DNA from: Candidatus Entotheonellaceae bacterium
GTDB taxonomy: Bacteria; Tectomicrobia; Entotheonellia; Entotheonellales; Entotheonellaceae
Direction: 5' to 3'
Assembly (NCBI GenBank): GCA_965238075.1
Contig: OZ250173.1
Coordinates: forward strand, 2,208,001-2,272,000
DNA length: 64,000 bases
Shown: one piece after another, positions 26,629 to 38,153 of the stretch
Layout of the letters: each line of letters opens with the position of its first letter
Position numbering within the stretch: position 1 is the stretch's first letter
Position numbers and translations under genes: made by a program
The notes under the pieces: generated by a model
What the model saw: only the letters and a program-made list of their open reading frames with translations
Databases searched by the model: none
What the model was told of the DNA's origin: nothing

Positions 26629-28113
26629 TCAGGATCTCTCGCTTGCAGCGAGCGCGAGGCGGGCCGCGTGGTGGGTTGGCTGGTGTCGTAGGCCGATGGT
26701 GAAAGCGGCGCGGGCTTGCGGTTCGTCGGATTGGGTGCGGTGCGCCATGCCGAGGTAAAAGTGAGCGTCCGCCATGAGAGCGGCGTCCTCGGGCGCGGCG
26801 TCGATGACGTGGCGCAGATGGCTCATGCCGGGAGCGGGGTCGTGGCCGTTGCGGTAGGCCGACATGACGAGAAAGCGGCCCAGCGCCAGATGGGCTGGGG
26901 CGTATACGGGGTCGAGATCAAGAGCGTGTTGCAGGGCGGCGCGGGCCGGGGCGAAGAAATCCCCCTTTTCGAGCACGCTGGCGGTGTGGGCGGCGCCACG
27001 AACGAGATGGTCGGCGAGGCAGACCCAGGCGGCGGGCTGATCCGGCTCGCATTCGGTGGCGCGTCGGGCGGTGGCGATGGCGCTGCCGGGGTCGCCGCCT
27101 TCGGCAAATTCCTGGGCGGCGGTCTGGAACGACGCAACGGTCGTCAACTCCTCACAGGCCGCTGACACGCTGCCGGAGTCGGAACAGGGAATGGCCGACG
27201 GCTTGTATTGCTGCCAACCGGGTTCATCGCCCTCGCCCCGCACTAGGCCGCGGTAAACGCGCAGGATAGCATAGCGCGGCGTGCCCCAGACGACCGGAAT
27301 CGCCGTGATCCATTCGGGCAGTTGCGCCTCCAGATCGGCCAGCAGCGTCGGCAGCGGCATGCCGCGCGCCACCCGGGCGGCGACTTCATCCAGGAAATAG
27401 CGTTCGAGGCGTTTGAGGAGGGACAGGTCCGCCTCGTGGGCCACGGGGCCGTGGCCGGGGAGCACGTGGTCTGGTGCCAGACGCTCGATGGCGGTCAGGG
27501 TGTCCAGCCAGCGCGGTGTGCCCATCAGCCCTTCGTCCATCACCGGCTGGCCGAACATCGGAAAGCTGCCGGTCATCACCGTATCGCCCGCCGCCACGCA
27601 GCCTTCCTGCGGCAGGTGGACCGCCAGGGCGTCGTCCGTTTCCGCGGCGCCCAGCGGCTTCAGCACCAAAAGCTGGTTGCCGAGGTCGATCTCTCGCTCG
27701 CCCGCCACCGCCTCGTCGGCTAGGCAGGGCTCCGGCCCGAGCTCGAAGCCGCGCGAGGCGAGGAACGCCTGCTGCCGGGCAGCCCGCGTGTGCATGAATT
27801 CCCGCGTCAGGGCGCTGGAGACGAGGGCGGCACCGGCATCCCTGAAGACGCCGTTGCCGGCGGTGTGATCCCAGTGATAGTGCGTGTTGACGGCCCAGCG
27901 GAGTGGCTTGTCGGACAACTCCCGCACATGCGCCAGCAGACGCCGCGCCATCGGCGCATTCACCTGCGTGTCGATCACCGCCGCGGCGTCATCCCCCAGC
28001 ACCACCACGCTGTTCACCACGCTGCGGAACAAGTAGACGCGCGGCGTCACCTGTTCCAGCCTGCCGTAGGTGCGGGGGGCAAAGGGCCGCTCGGGCGGCT
28101 TAGCTGACCTCAT
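26629..28113 (-). CDS. MBL-fold metallo-hydrolase with C-terminal TPR-like region
   Basis: VIDTQ, NTHYHWDHTAGN (HxHxDH), AGD, LPGHG; C-terminal repeats ALDLDPVYAPAHLALG and AHFYLGMAH. Confidence 0.8.
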   Translation of the reverse strand: MRSAKPPERPFAPRTYGRLEQVTPRVYLFRSVVNSVVVLGDDAAAVIDTQVNAPMARRLLAHVRELSDKPLRWAVNTHYHWDHTAGNGVFRDAGAALVSSALTREFMHTRAARQQAFLASRGFELGPEPCLADEAVAGEREIDLGNQLLVLKPLGAAETDDALAVHLPQEGCVAAGDTVMTGSFPMFGQPVMDEGLMGTPRWLDTLTAIERLAPDHVLPGHGPVAHEADLSLLKRLERYFLDEVAARVARGMPLPTLLADLEAQLPEWITAIPVVWGTPRYAILRVYRGLVRGEGDEPGWQQYKPSAIPCSDSGSVSAACEELTTVASFQTAAQEFAEGGDPGSAIATARRATECEPDQPAAWVCLADHLVRGAAHTASVLEKGDFFAPARAALQHALDLDPVYAPAHLALGRFLVMSAYRNGHDPAPGMSHLRHVIDAAPEDAALMADAHFYLGMAHRTQSDEPQARAAFTIGLRHQPTHHAARLALAASERS

Positions 28114-29188
28114 AGCGCTTGATGGTCTCGGCGGAGAAGGCGAGCCCCAGGCCGGGCCTGGACGGCACCACCAGTTGGCCGTCCTCGAGGGCCGGGGTTT
28201 CCTCGAACAGACGCAGGCTCCAGGGCATGTACTCGATGGTCAGGCCGTTGGGGATGGCGGCCATCATGTGCACGTGGATTTCCGGCAGCAGGTGGCTGAC
28301 CACCGGCAGGTTGAACGCCTCGGCCATGCCCGCAATCTTCATCCACTGCGTGATGCCGCCGGCGCGCAGCACGTCGATCATGACGATGTCGACGGAGCGT
28401 GCCTCCAGCATGTGGCGGAACGGCACGATGCCGTAGTGGTACTCGCCGGTGGCGATCGGCGTGGTCAGGGCATCGGCAACGCGCGCCAGCCCCTGGAAGT
28501 CGTCGTGCGCCACCACGTCCTCCAGCCAGAACAGGTCGAACGGCGCCAGCCGCCGGCCCATGTCGATGGCCTGGTTGACGTTCCACAACTGGTTGATGTC
28601 GCACATCAGGTCGATTTCGGGGCCGATGCCGTCGCGAATTAGCCGCACACGCTCCAGCTCGCGCTCGACGGTCGACTTGCCGCCAAGCTGCATCTTCATC
28701 TGCCGAAAGCCCATCTCCACTAGGCGCGGCCCGGCGTCCTTCAGGTACGGGGTGGGGAAATCGCGCATCAGGGCGCCGCTGGCGTAGGTGGGGGCGCGGT
28801 CGCGGTAGCCGCCCAGCAGGGCGTGCACGGGTTGGTCGAACGCCTTGCCCTTCAGGTCCCACAGCGCCAAGTCGACAGCCGCCATGGCCAGGGTGAAAAT
28901 GCCGCCTGGTCCGGCGCCGCTGGCCGCCGCGCGCAGCTTGCCAACGATGCCCTCGACGTACAGCGGGTTCTCGCCCACCACCAGGGCGCCCAGCGCCTCG
29001 ACGGCCGCTTGCAGCGACTTGGTCAGCGGGCCGCCGAAGAAGGTCAGCCCGATGCCCGTCAGCCCCGCGTCGGTGCCCAGTTCCAGGGCGACGAACTCGC
29101 GGGTCGCGTCGCCAACCGGCAGTCCGACTACGAGAGGATTGTCAGCCGGTGTGCTCAGCACCCGGGTCTTCACGTGCGTTACGTGCAT
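28100..29188 (-). CDS. Mandelate racemase/muconate lactonizing enzyme family protein
   Basis: AVDLALWDLKGK, LLGG, KMQLG, LMCDINQ, WLED, IATGE, GGITQW, VSH. Confidence 0.92.
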   Translation of the reverse strand: MHVTHVKTRVLSTPADNPLVVGLPVGDATREFVALELGTDAGLTGIGLTFFGGPLTKSLQAAVEALGALVVGENPLYVEGIVGKLRAAASGAGPGGIFTLAMAAVDLALWDLKGKAFDQPVHALLGGYRDRAPTYASGALMRDFPTPYLKDAGPRLVEMGFRQMKMQLGGKSTVERELERVRLIRDGIGPEIDLMCDINQLWNVNQAIDMGRRLAPFDLFWLEDVVAHDDFQGLARVADALTTPIATGEYHYGIVPFRHMLEARSVDIVMIDVLRAGGITQWMKIAGMAEAFNLPVVSHLLPEIHVHMMAAIPNGLTIEYMPWSLRLFEETPALEDGQLVVPSRPGLGLAFSAETIKRYEVS

Positions 29189-29226
29189 GTCGTTAGTTCC
29201 TCAAGAAGGCAATGGAAAGGGGTTCC

Positions 29227-29302
29227 GTCGCCCCGGCGAAAGCCGGGGACCAGAATTTTGACCGCACAACAGTCGCTGGATTCCGGCTTGCGCCGGAATG
29301 AC
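29227..29302. repeat. Bipartite palindromic repeat (dRS3/RPE-like)
   Basis: GTCGCCCCGGCGAAAGCCGGGGACCAG...CTGGATTCCGGCTTGCGCCGGAATGAC; relatives at ~35281-35403, 40099-40176, 52352-52432 and 63559-63580. Confidence 0.8.
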
Positions 29303-29360
29303 GATCTGATGTTCGTTTGGACGACCCAAGCCTGCAATGTCTCGCCGTGCAGCGGCTTGT

Positions 29361-29872
29361 TCAGACCTTCTCCAGATAATCGGGATGCGTGTACCGCCCG
29401 CTCTTGCCGCCGCTTTTGGAGAGCAATTCCACCTCGCCCAGACGCATCTGCCGGTCCAGGCTTTTGCACATGTCGTAGACGGTCAGACCGGCGACGCTGA
29501 CCGCGGTCAGCGCCTCCATCTCGACCCCTGTACGCCCCACGGTGCGCACGGTGGCTTCGAGCCGCACGCAGGCGGCCTCGGCGTCGGGCTGCAGATCGAC
29601 TTTGACGTGGGTGATTTCCAGCGGGTGGCACATGGGAATGAGCGACGATGTCTGCTTGGCGGCCATGATGCCGGCGATGCGCGCCACCTGGAGCACGTCG
29701 CCCTTGCTGATTTCCTGATCGACGATGGCCCGCAGGGTCGCTGCCTGCATGTAGACGCTGCCGCGCGCTACCGCCTGGCGCTCGCTGGTCGGTTTGGCGC
29801 CCACGTCGACCATGTTGGCGCGGCCCTGCGCGTCGATGTGGCTCCAGTGCGGCTCGGCTTTTCTGTCCTGGC

Positions 29873-29876
<4 letters not shown>
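29361..29876 (-). CDS. moaC: Cyclic pyranopterin monophosphate synthase MoaC
   Basis: MVDVGAK, KGDVL..ARIAGIMAAK, LIPMCHPL, TGVEMEALT, YDMCKSLD, KSGGKSG. Confidence 0.97.
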
Positions 29877-32533
<2,657 letters not shown>

Positions 32534-32662
32534 TGCTGATTTCCTATTAGCGGTTAGTGATTAGTGGCTAGGGGTCAGTTAAAAACCAGCGGCTAGTGCT
32601 TAGCGAAATCCAAAACCCGGGAGCGTGGCATCTGCGCGTATGGGGTGTTGCCCCGCTCTTCA

Positions 32663-33565
32663 CTACCCACTGGTTCTCAAGCGCTGCCAGGGACCGTACA
32701 GGCGGAAGGAAAGTTCGCCGTCGTCGTTGGGCTTCTGGCCGACCAGGGCGCCCAGAAAATTGATTTCCTGCCGGTAGAGGTCCTGTGACCGCACCTGCCA
32801 GCGCAGATCGAGGTCGAGCGCGGCGTTGTGAATCGAACCCTGCCAAGTCACGGTGCCGGTCGCTGCGATATCGAGGTCGTCGCCGGTGCAGGAAAGCGAC
32901 ACGTTGCCGGCGTCGGCGGTTGCCGCTTGTGCTTCACTTCGCGCGGTGGCGCAAGCGATGTCTTGTTGCAGCGGGAGTTGCAGAACCTGTCCGGCAAACA
33001 CCAGTTCCTCGGCGTTCAATTCCACCGACGCGGCGTGAAGCTGGCCGCGTTCGTCGAGGCGGGCGCTGACCGTGCCGCTGAAGCGGCCGCGCAGAAAGGC
33101 TTCCTCACCGCGTTGTGTCAGGGGATGGCGGTCAACCTCCAGGTCGGTGAAGGTGACCTGGAACTCCCATACCGGCGCGTCCTCGCCCCGCCCGCGGCTT
33201 ACGTAACCCTCTATCCGGCCGCCGTACAGGGCGGCGCTGAATTCGGCCTGCGGCCTGCCGGTTGCCAGCGCCAGCCAACTCGGCCGCACCCGCAGGCCTG
33301 TCACCTGCACGACGGCTTGTCGCTTCGCTGCCGCATCCAGCGACACCGCCACCTGCCGGGCCTGTATGCCCGGTGGAAATAGAGGTTCAACCCCGTTTGT
33401 TCGGATGTGCACACCCGGCGGCGCCCAGTGTTCGGCGCCGTATTGCGCCAGCAGGTCGTACGGGAAGATGACGTACAGGCACAGGCCGAAAACGACCACG
33501 CCGTACACCAGGTACGGCGCCACACGGAGAATCAGGCGGCCAAGGCGCACGATGCGGAGTCTCAC
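32663..33565 (-). CDS. gspN: Type II secretion system protein GspN-like
   Basis: N-terminal TM with YVIFPYD, AALYGGRIEG, beta-rich body; coupled to gspK. Confidence 0.7.
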   Translation of the reverse strand: MRLRIVRLGRLILRVAPYLVYGVVVFGLCLYVIFPYDLLAQYGAEHWAPPGVHIRTNGVEPLFPPGIQARQVAVSLDAAAKRQAVVQVTGLRVRPSWLALATGRPQAEFSAALYGGRIEGYVSRGRGEDAPVWEFQVTFTDLEVDRHPLTQRGEEAFLRGRFSGTVSARLDERGQLHAASVELNAEELVFAGQVLQLPLQQDIACATARSEAQAATADAGNVSLSCTGDDLDIAATGTVTWQGSIHNAALDLDLRWQVRSQDLYRQEINFLGALVGQKPNDDGELSFRLYGPWQRLRTSG

Positions 33566-34617
33566 TCTACTTTGAAGTAAACCGGCTCGTCGCCGTCGCC
33601 AGGTTTCAGAACGGCGACCACCGTTTTCTGAATGTCTTCCACCCGGGCGACGGCGGTGATCGTGAAATACGTGCCCTGCACCGTAGCAAACTTGTCGAAC
33701 GTCGTCTGGACCTCGGCAGGCAGATAGCCCTGCAACTCGCCCGTGCTCTCAAATTGCCGGTCCTGAAGTAGGTTCTCCTGGCGCAGCGCGACGATATCAT
33801 CCACGTAGCCCGTGACGTCCCCCGCGCCGTCCGAGAGGCCGTCAATAAGCGCGTGCAGCACGTCACGACTGGCGGTATTGATGTTCACTTTTGGATAATC
33901 CAGCGCATCAGTGTCGAGTCGAGGGCTCCCGTAGGCCGTCACATACGGGGCGAGTTTTTTCACCGTCTCGGCGTCAAAACCCGGCACCAGGCGGAGCTCC
34001 CGAACAGTCCGCATCGGGCCGTTGCCTTCGAGCCAAATGACCAGGGTGGCGAGAAGTCCCGCATCGACTTCAATCTCATAGAATAACGCTTCGAATAGAG
34101 ACTCCCAGGCCTCCATCATGCGCGCCGCCTCGTCGGTCGCCGCCTGGCTGGCATCGGCCACCGGCATGAGGGCGTTAATCGGCAATCTCTCCTCTTCGGC
34201 ATTGATCTTCAGGCTGACGCAGCCCCTGTCGGCTCCTTGCGCGGCAGCGGCGTCCGAGTCGGTTCCCTGTCCGGCCAACCCGGTGTCAAGGGGCGCCCCC
34301 GCGGCGTTGGCAAGAGCCAACGTCAGGAGCGCCTGCGGCGGCATGCAGGCCGGAATAAGCCCGATGCGGTGCCAGGTGTCCTGTGGGCCGTCCGACTGCT
34401 TGTCGTCGTAGGCCAGCAGTTCCTGAGCCAGGCGCACGCCGGACATGGCTACGTGGTACGCCTGAACGTCGCTGCCGTAATTGTCCGCCAGGTCCAGTTC
34501 GACAACCGCCTCGAAATGGTATTCGAGCACCAACACCGACACCAGCGCGACGATGATCAGCGTCAGCACCAGGGCGACGCCGCGCTCGTCGCGCCAGCTA
34601 GCCGTTTCGCGGCACAT
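33562..34617 (-). CDS. gspK: Type II secretion minor pseudopilin GspK
   Basis: ERG|VALVLTL prepilin-like site, ELRLVPGF...KLAPYVT, KVNINTASRDVL. Confidence 0.9.
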   Translation of the reverse strand: MCRETASWRDERGVALVLTLIIVALVSVLVLEYHFEAVVELDLADNYGSDVQAYHVAMSGVRLAQELLAYDDKQSDGPQDTWHRIGLIPACMPPQALLTLALANAAGAPLDTGLAGQGTDSDAAAAQGADRGCVSLKINAEEERLPINALMPVADASQAATDEAARMMEAWESLFEALFYEIEVDAGLLATLVIWLEGNGPMRTVRELRLVPGFDAETVKKLAPYVTAYGSPRLDTDALDYPKVNINTASRDVLHALIDGLSDGAGDVTGYVDDIVALRQENLLQDRQFESTGELQGYLPAEVQTTFDKFATVQGTYFTITAVARVEDIQKTVVAVLKPGDGDEPVYFKVE

Positions 34618-35443
34618 CGCGGCATCCCTTGCTCATGGGAAGCGACACGGTGATGATGAAGGCGCGTTCGACATCCTGCTCGTCACGCAGCGTCAGCGCC
34701 AGGCGCACGAGGCAGGGCATCCGGTTTGCGGCGCCGTCGGGCCATTGGTCGTGGACGTCCTCCCTGTCATAGTACGTGACGTCCAGACCGATCGCAGCGT
34801 CCGTCAGTTCTACCGTGTCGCCGTTCAGAGGCTCGCCGTCCGGCGTGCAGTCCTGCTCGCGGTACAAGGCGGCCGCGCCCTGGGCATTGGCGCCGATGTA
34901 GTAGGCGACCTCGCACACGTCGCTGCCCGGCGCCGCGTCCGGGCGGTAGGGCACGGTGACGAACGTCAGACGGTCGCGGGCGTGGTCGCCCTCGCGATCG
35001 TTCTCGCCGCGCGAAAATCCGGCATAGGCGTCGTCGGGCATGGCGGCGCGAACCTCCTGTGCCATGCGCAGCAGGGCGGTGCGTCCGAGGCGATGGACGT
35101 CCAGGTTTCGGCGCCCCTGCTCCACCCCCTTCATGACGCCGGAAAAGGCCGCGAACACCACGCCGACGATCATCACGAACAGCGACAACGCCAGCAGCAG
35201 CTCGATCAGCGTGAAGCCCGCCGGCCCTACCGGACGGCGCCCGGCGCAACTCCCGTGGCCACCGCCTGCCTGACGAATTTCGTCACTCCGGCAGAAGGAC
35301 GTCAACCCGGCGAAAGCCGGGGTCCAGGGCTTTTCCGGCGGTCGAAGAGCCTGCCCCGGACTCGGTCCAGGGTCACTGGATTCCGGGCCGAGCCCGGAAT
35401 GACGATTCGGGGGCATTGCACAGGCTATTTTCATAGACATCAC
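34598..35443 (-). CDS. gspJ: Type II secretion minor pseudopilin GspJ with long repeat-derived leader
   Basis: AG|FTLIELLLAL about 75 aa after the start; lies between gspI and gspK. Confidence 0.82.
   Translation of the reverse strand: MMSMKIACAMPPNRHSGLGPESSDPGPSPGQALRPPEKPWTPAFAGLTSFCRSDEIRQAGGGHGSCAGRRPVGPAGFTLIELLLALSLFVMIVGVVFAAFSGVMKGVEQGRRNLDVHRLGRTALLRMAQEVRAAMPDDAYAGFSRGENDREGDHARDRLTFVTVPYRPDAAPGSDVCEVAYYIGANAQGAAALYREQDCTPDGEPLNGDTVELTDAAIGLDVTYYDREDVHDQWPDGAANRMPCLVRLALTLRDEQDVERAFIITVSLPMSKGCRDVPRNG
35281..35435. repeat. Composite palindromic repeat inside the 5' end of gspJ
   Basis: CCCGGCGAAAGCCGGGGTCCAG...CTGGATTCCGGGCCGAGCCCGGAATGAC, plus the terminal motif TGCACAGGCTATTTTCATAG shared with the 175-bp repeat. 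Confidence 0.8.
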
Positions 35444-35871
35444 TTCGCTTCATACGTTTCCAGGCTGTACGAGCGGTTGCGATTGCCGTCGCGCCAGTGC
35501 ACCGACACCGTGACGTGCCGGATGCCGACGGCATCCTCCTGGCCGCCGCTCTGACTACCGAGGCCGATGGCATGCTCGGTCACCGAGGTGGTCCAACTGA
35601 AGCGCTCCAGGTTCGGCCCGTCGAACTGCCCCTGATCCTCCCCCTCGTCCGGCGACTCGGCCATGAAGGTGGCCATTTTGCCCTCCGCCAGCAGCACCGC
35701 GGTGGTCAGGTCCTGCGACGCCAGGGTGGCGTCGAGCGACAGCAGGTGGAGCCGCAACAGCATGACCAACGCGACGCCGACGATGGCCACGGCGACCAGG
35801 ACCTCCAGGAGCGTGAAGCCCGCCGCGCCGTGCCCGGATGCATCAGCCCTTTTCGCGTTCCGCGTAGCCAT
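35440..35871 (-). CDS. gspI: Type II secretion minor pseudopilin GspI
   Basis: AG|FTLLEVLVAVAI, LLAEGKM, VTVSVHW, YSLETY. Confidence 0.88.
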   Translation of the reverse strand: MATRNAKRADASGHGAAGFTLLEVLVAVAIVGVALVMLLRLHLLSLDATLASQDLTTAVLLAEGKMATFMAESPDEGEDQGQFDGPNLERFSWTTSVTEHAIGLGSQSGGQEDAVGIRHVTVSVHWRDGNRNRSYSLETYEAK

Positions 35872-36394
35872 ACACGACCTTCACGCGCCCGGCCAGCGCC
35901 TCGATGAACAGGGTGACGTGCGTCTCGTCGGGGGTTTGCAGGTGGACGACGCTCGGCTCGGCCTGACCGGTAGGGTGGAAGTGCATCGTCGCCGTGCCTT
36001 CGCGCACCTTCTTGCCCTCGGCTGAGACGACGTCAAGGAGTCGTACCGCGTCCGGCATGGCATAGCCGCGCATCTCGCGGGAGGGCTCCGCCACGCACGT
36101 GTCGTCCCCCAATCCAGTTGGGGGCAGGCTCTGCAGGTGGCAGACGGTCAGTTGCTGTGTATCGAGGTCGAAGTTGAGGCGGTACACTCGCTTGGTGAAG
36201 GCGGCCTTGGCGTGCAGTTGCCGCACCATGCCGCGCACGACGTTGACGGTGCGGCGCATCTGCTGGCGGTCGAGCAGGCCGCCAAAGCGCGGCAGGACCA
36301 GCGCGCCGACGATACCGATGACGAGGATCACCATCGTCAGCTCGATCAGGGTGAAGCCCTGCTCACTGCGTGCGCCAGCTCTCAATGTCGGCAT
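35843..36394 (-). CDS. gspH: Type II secretion minor pseudopilin GspH
   Basis: QG|FTLIELTMVILVIGI, FHPTG, LAGRVKV. Confidence 0.85.
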   Translation of the reverse strand: MPTLRAGARSEQGFTLIELTMVILVIGIVGALVLPRFGGLLDRQQMRRTVNVVRGMVRQLHAKAAFTKRVYRLNFDLDTQQLTVCHLQSLPPTGLGDDTCVAEPSREMRGYAMPDAVRLLDVVSAEGKKVREGTATMHFHPTGQAEPSVVHLQTPDETHVTLFIEALAGRVKVVYGYAEREKG

Positions 36395-36809
36395 CGAAAC
36401 CCTCACCGCCCTCGAGGCCGTCGGCGGCCAATGATATGAGATCGAAATCCGGGCTGTACACACCGGGTGATATATAAATGTAGGGGTTGCCCCAGGGGTC
36501 GAGGGGAATTTCCTGCTTGTCGAGGTAGCCGCCCTCGGGCCATTGCTCGGGAATGTTGCCGGTGGACGGTTTCATCACCAGCGCGTCAAGGCCCTGCTCG
36601 GTGGTGGGATACACGCCGTGGTCGAGCTTGTAGCGTTTGAGGGCGTCTTCGAGCACCCGCATCTGGGCGCGGGCGGTGCCGTAACGGGCTTTGTCGGTTT
36701 CGCCCACGATGCGCGGCATGACGATGGCCGCGAGGAGACCCAGGATGACGATCACGATCATCAACTCGATCAGCGTGAAGCCCGCCTCACGCGATCTTTG
36801 CCGGCGCAT
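36363..36809 (-). CDS. gspG: Type II secretion major pseudopilin GspG
   Basis: AG|FTLIELMIVIVILGLLAAIVMP, YKLDHGVYPTTEQGLDAL, DPWGNPY, DG.EGGEG.DADI; GGAGG RBS before ATG 36809. Confidence 0.96.
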   Translation of the reverse strand: MRRQRSREAGFTLIELMIVIVILGLLAAIVMPRIVGETDKARYGTARAQMRVLEDALKRYKLDHGVYPTTEQGLDALVMKPSTGNIPEQWPEGGYLDKQEIPLDPWGNPYIYISPGVYSPDFDLISLAADGLEGGEGFDADIESWRTQ

Positions 36810-37078
36810 AGCGTGCTGGCCCTCCTGAGGTGGCCCGATTGGCGGCGTGCGTATTGGGATGAATGACGGGAACCTTAGCATAGGCAGGGTGGCTTGTCTA
36901 CGAAGCAGGCGGGCAGGGAACGGGCGCTTGGCGGCGATTTGGCTTGAGTTGGCGCGGTGGGTGGAGTAGGTTGCTGCGCGTTTTGTCGGGGAACGGGAAC
37001 GTGTTGCGGCACCGGCGGGTGACGGATCGCCTCCGGTGTTTCCCTGAAAGTCCGTTTTGGCAGCAAAGGAGAGCCGTG

Positions 37079-37951
37079 ATGCCCACACCGCTGGGCGGCG
37101 TGGATTTGCACACCCATACGCGCCATTCCGATGGCCTGGATACGCCCGCCGAATTGGTCGTCAAGGCCGCCCGGCACGGGGTGCGGCGCTTGGCGGTTAC
37201 CGATCACGACACGCTGGCGGCCCTGCCCGAGGCGCGCATGGCCGGTGCGGCTCGCGGGGTCGAGGTGTTGACGGGCATCGAACTCAGCGTGCAGCATGGG
37301 GACTTCGATGACATCCATCTGTTGGGCTACTTTTTCGACTCGGAAGACGCTGCCCTGAACGTCTGCCTGGCGCGTCTGAAAGAGGGCCGCACGCAGCGTG
37401 GCCTGGAAATCCTGCGTTGCGTCAACTGCAAGCTCAGTGACCTCGGACGTACCCCCCTGGACAGCGAGCGCGTGCAGCAGTACGCCTCGGGGGTTCTGAC
37501 CCGTCCCCACCTCGCGCAGGCGCTGATTGATCAGGGTTACTGCAAGGGCTACCAGGAGGCCTTCCGCGATTTCCTCATCCCCTGCAACGCTCCCAAGCCG
37601 TCGTTGTCTTTGGAAGAAGGTGTACGGCTGATTGCCAATGCCGGCGGGATCTGTTCCCTGGCGCATCCCGGCGTCCTGAGCAACGACCCCAACGTTCTGG
37701 ACCCCCTGCTGGCCGCCGCCAAATCCCTTGGCCTCGCCGGTCTCGAGGTCTACCACCGTGCCCACCACCCGGACGCCATCCCGTTCTTCGAAGCCGCCGC
37801 CCTGCGCCACCACCTCGTTCCCACCGGCGGTTCCGACTACCACGGCCGCCCCGCCGGCTCCACCCTCGGTGAATTCGCCCCCGGCTATCCCGTGCCTGTC
37901 ACGGTCCTGCACGACCTGCAGCGGTTTGCCGCCGGCCGCAAATCGAATTAG
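37079..37951 (+). CDS. PHP-domain phosphoesterase (TrpH/YciV-like)
   Basis: DLHTHTRHSDG, AVTDHDT, GIELS, IHLLGY, RPHLA, LAHP, TGGSDYHG. Confidence 0.92.
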   Translation: MPTPLGGVDLHTHTRHSDGLDTPAELVVKAARHGVRRLAVTDHDTLAALPEARMAGAARGVEVLTGIELSVQHGDFDDIHLLGYFFDSEDAALNVCLARLKEGRTQRGLEILRCVNCKLSDLGRTPLDSERVQQYASGVLTRPHLAQALIDQGYCKGYQEAFRDFLIPCNAPKPSLSLEEGVRLIANAGGICSLAHPGVLSNDPNVLDPLLAAAKSLGLAGLEVYHRAHHPDAIPFFEAAALRHHLVPTGGSDYHGRPAGSTLGEFAPGYPVPVTVLHDLQRFAAGRKSN

Positions 37952-37995
37952 CGCCGCGTCATCCGACGTCCTACCGGCCAATGGCCTTGCCGTTA

Positions 37996-38025
37996 TTGAC
38001 ACCCCCAAACAGGCTCTGATAAGAT
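37996..38025 (+). promoter_or_regulatory. Candidate sigma70 promoter for the nuo cluster
   Basis: TTGACA-N18-TAAGAT with TGn extended -10, about 130 bp upstream of nuoL. Confidence 0.55.
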
Positions 38026-38153
38026 TCGCTTCCGACACGCGGTCCAACCATCCTGCTGGATGACTACCCCGCAAGACACGCTTCTTTCGTACCTCACGCC
38101 TTTCAATTCGACGTACACGCCGGGTCGTCGCTCGGCAGTTTCGCGGGGAGCAA

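Noticed and set aside
32534-32662. T-box or other riboswitch in the alaS leader
   Set aside because: Only ~130 bp, mostly heptamer repeats, with no T-box consensus.
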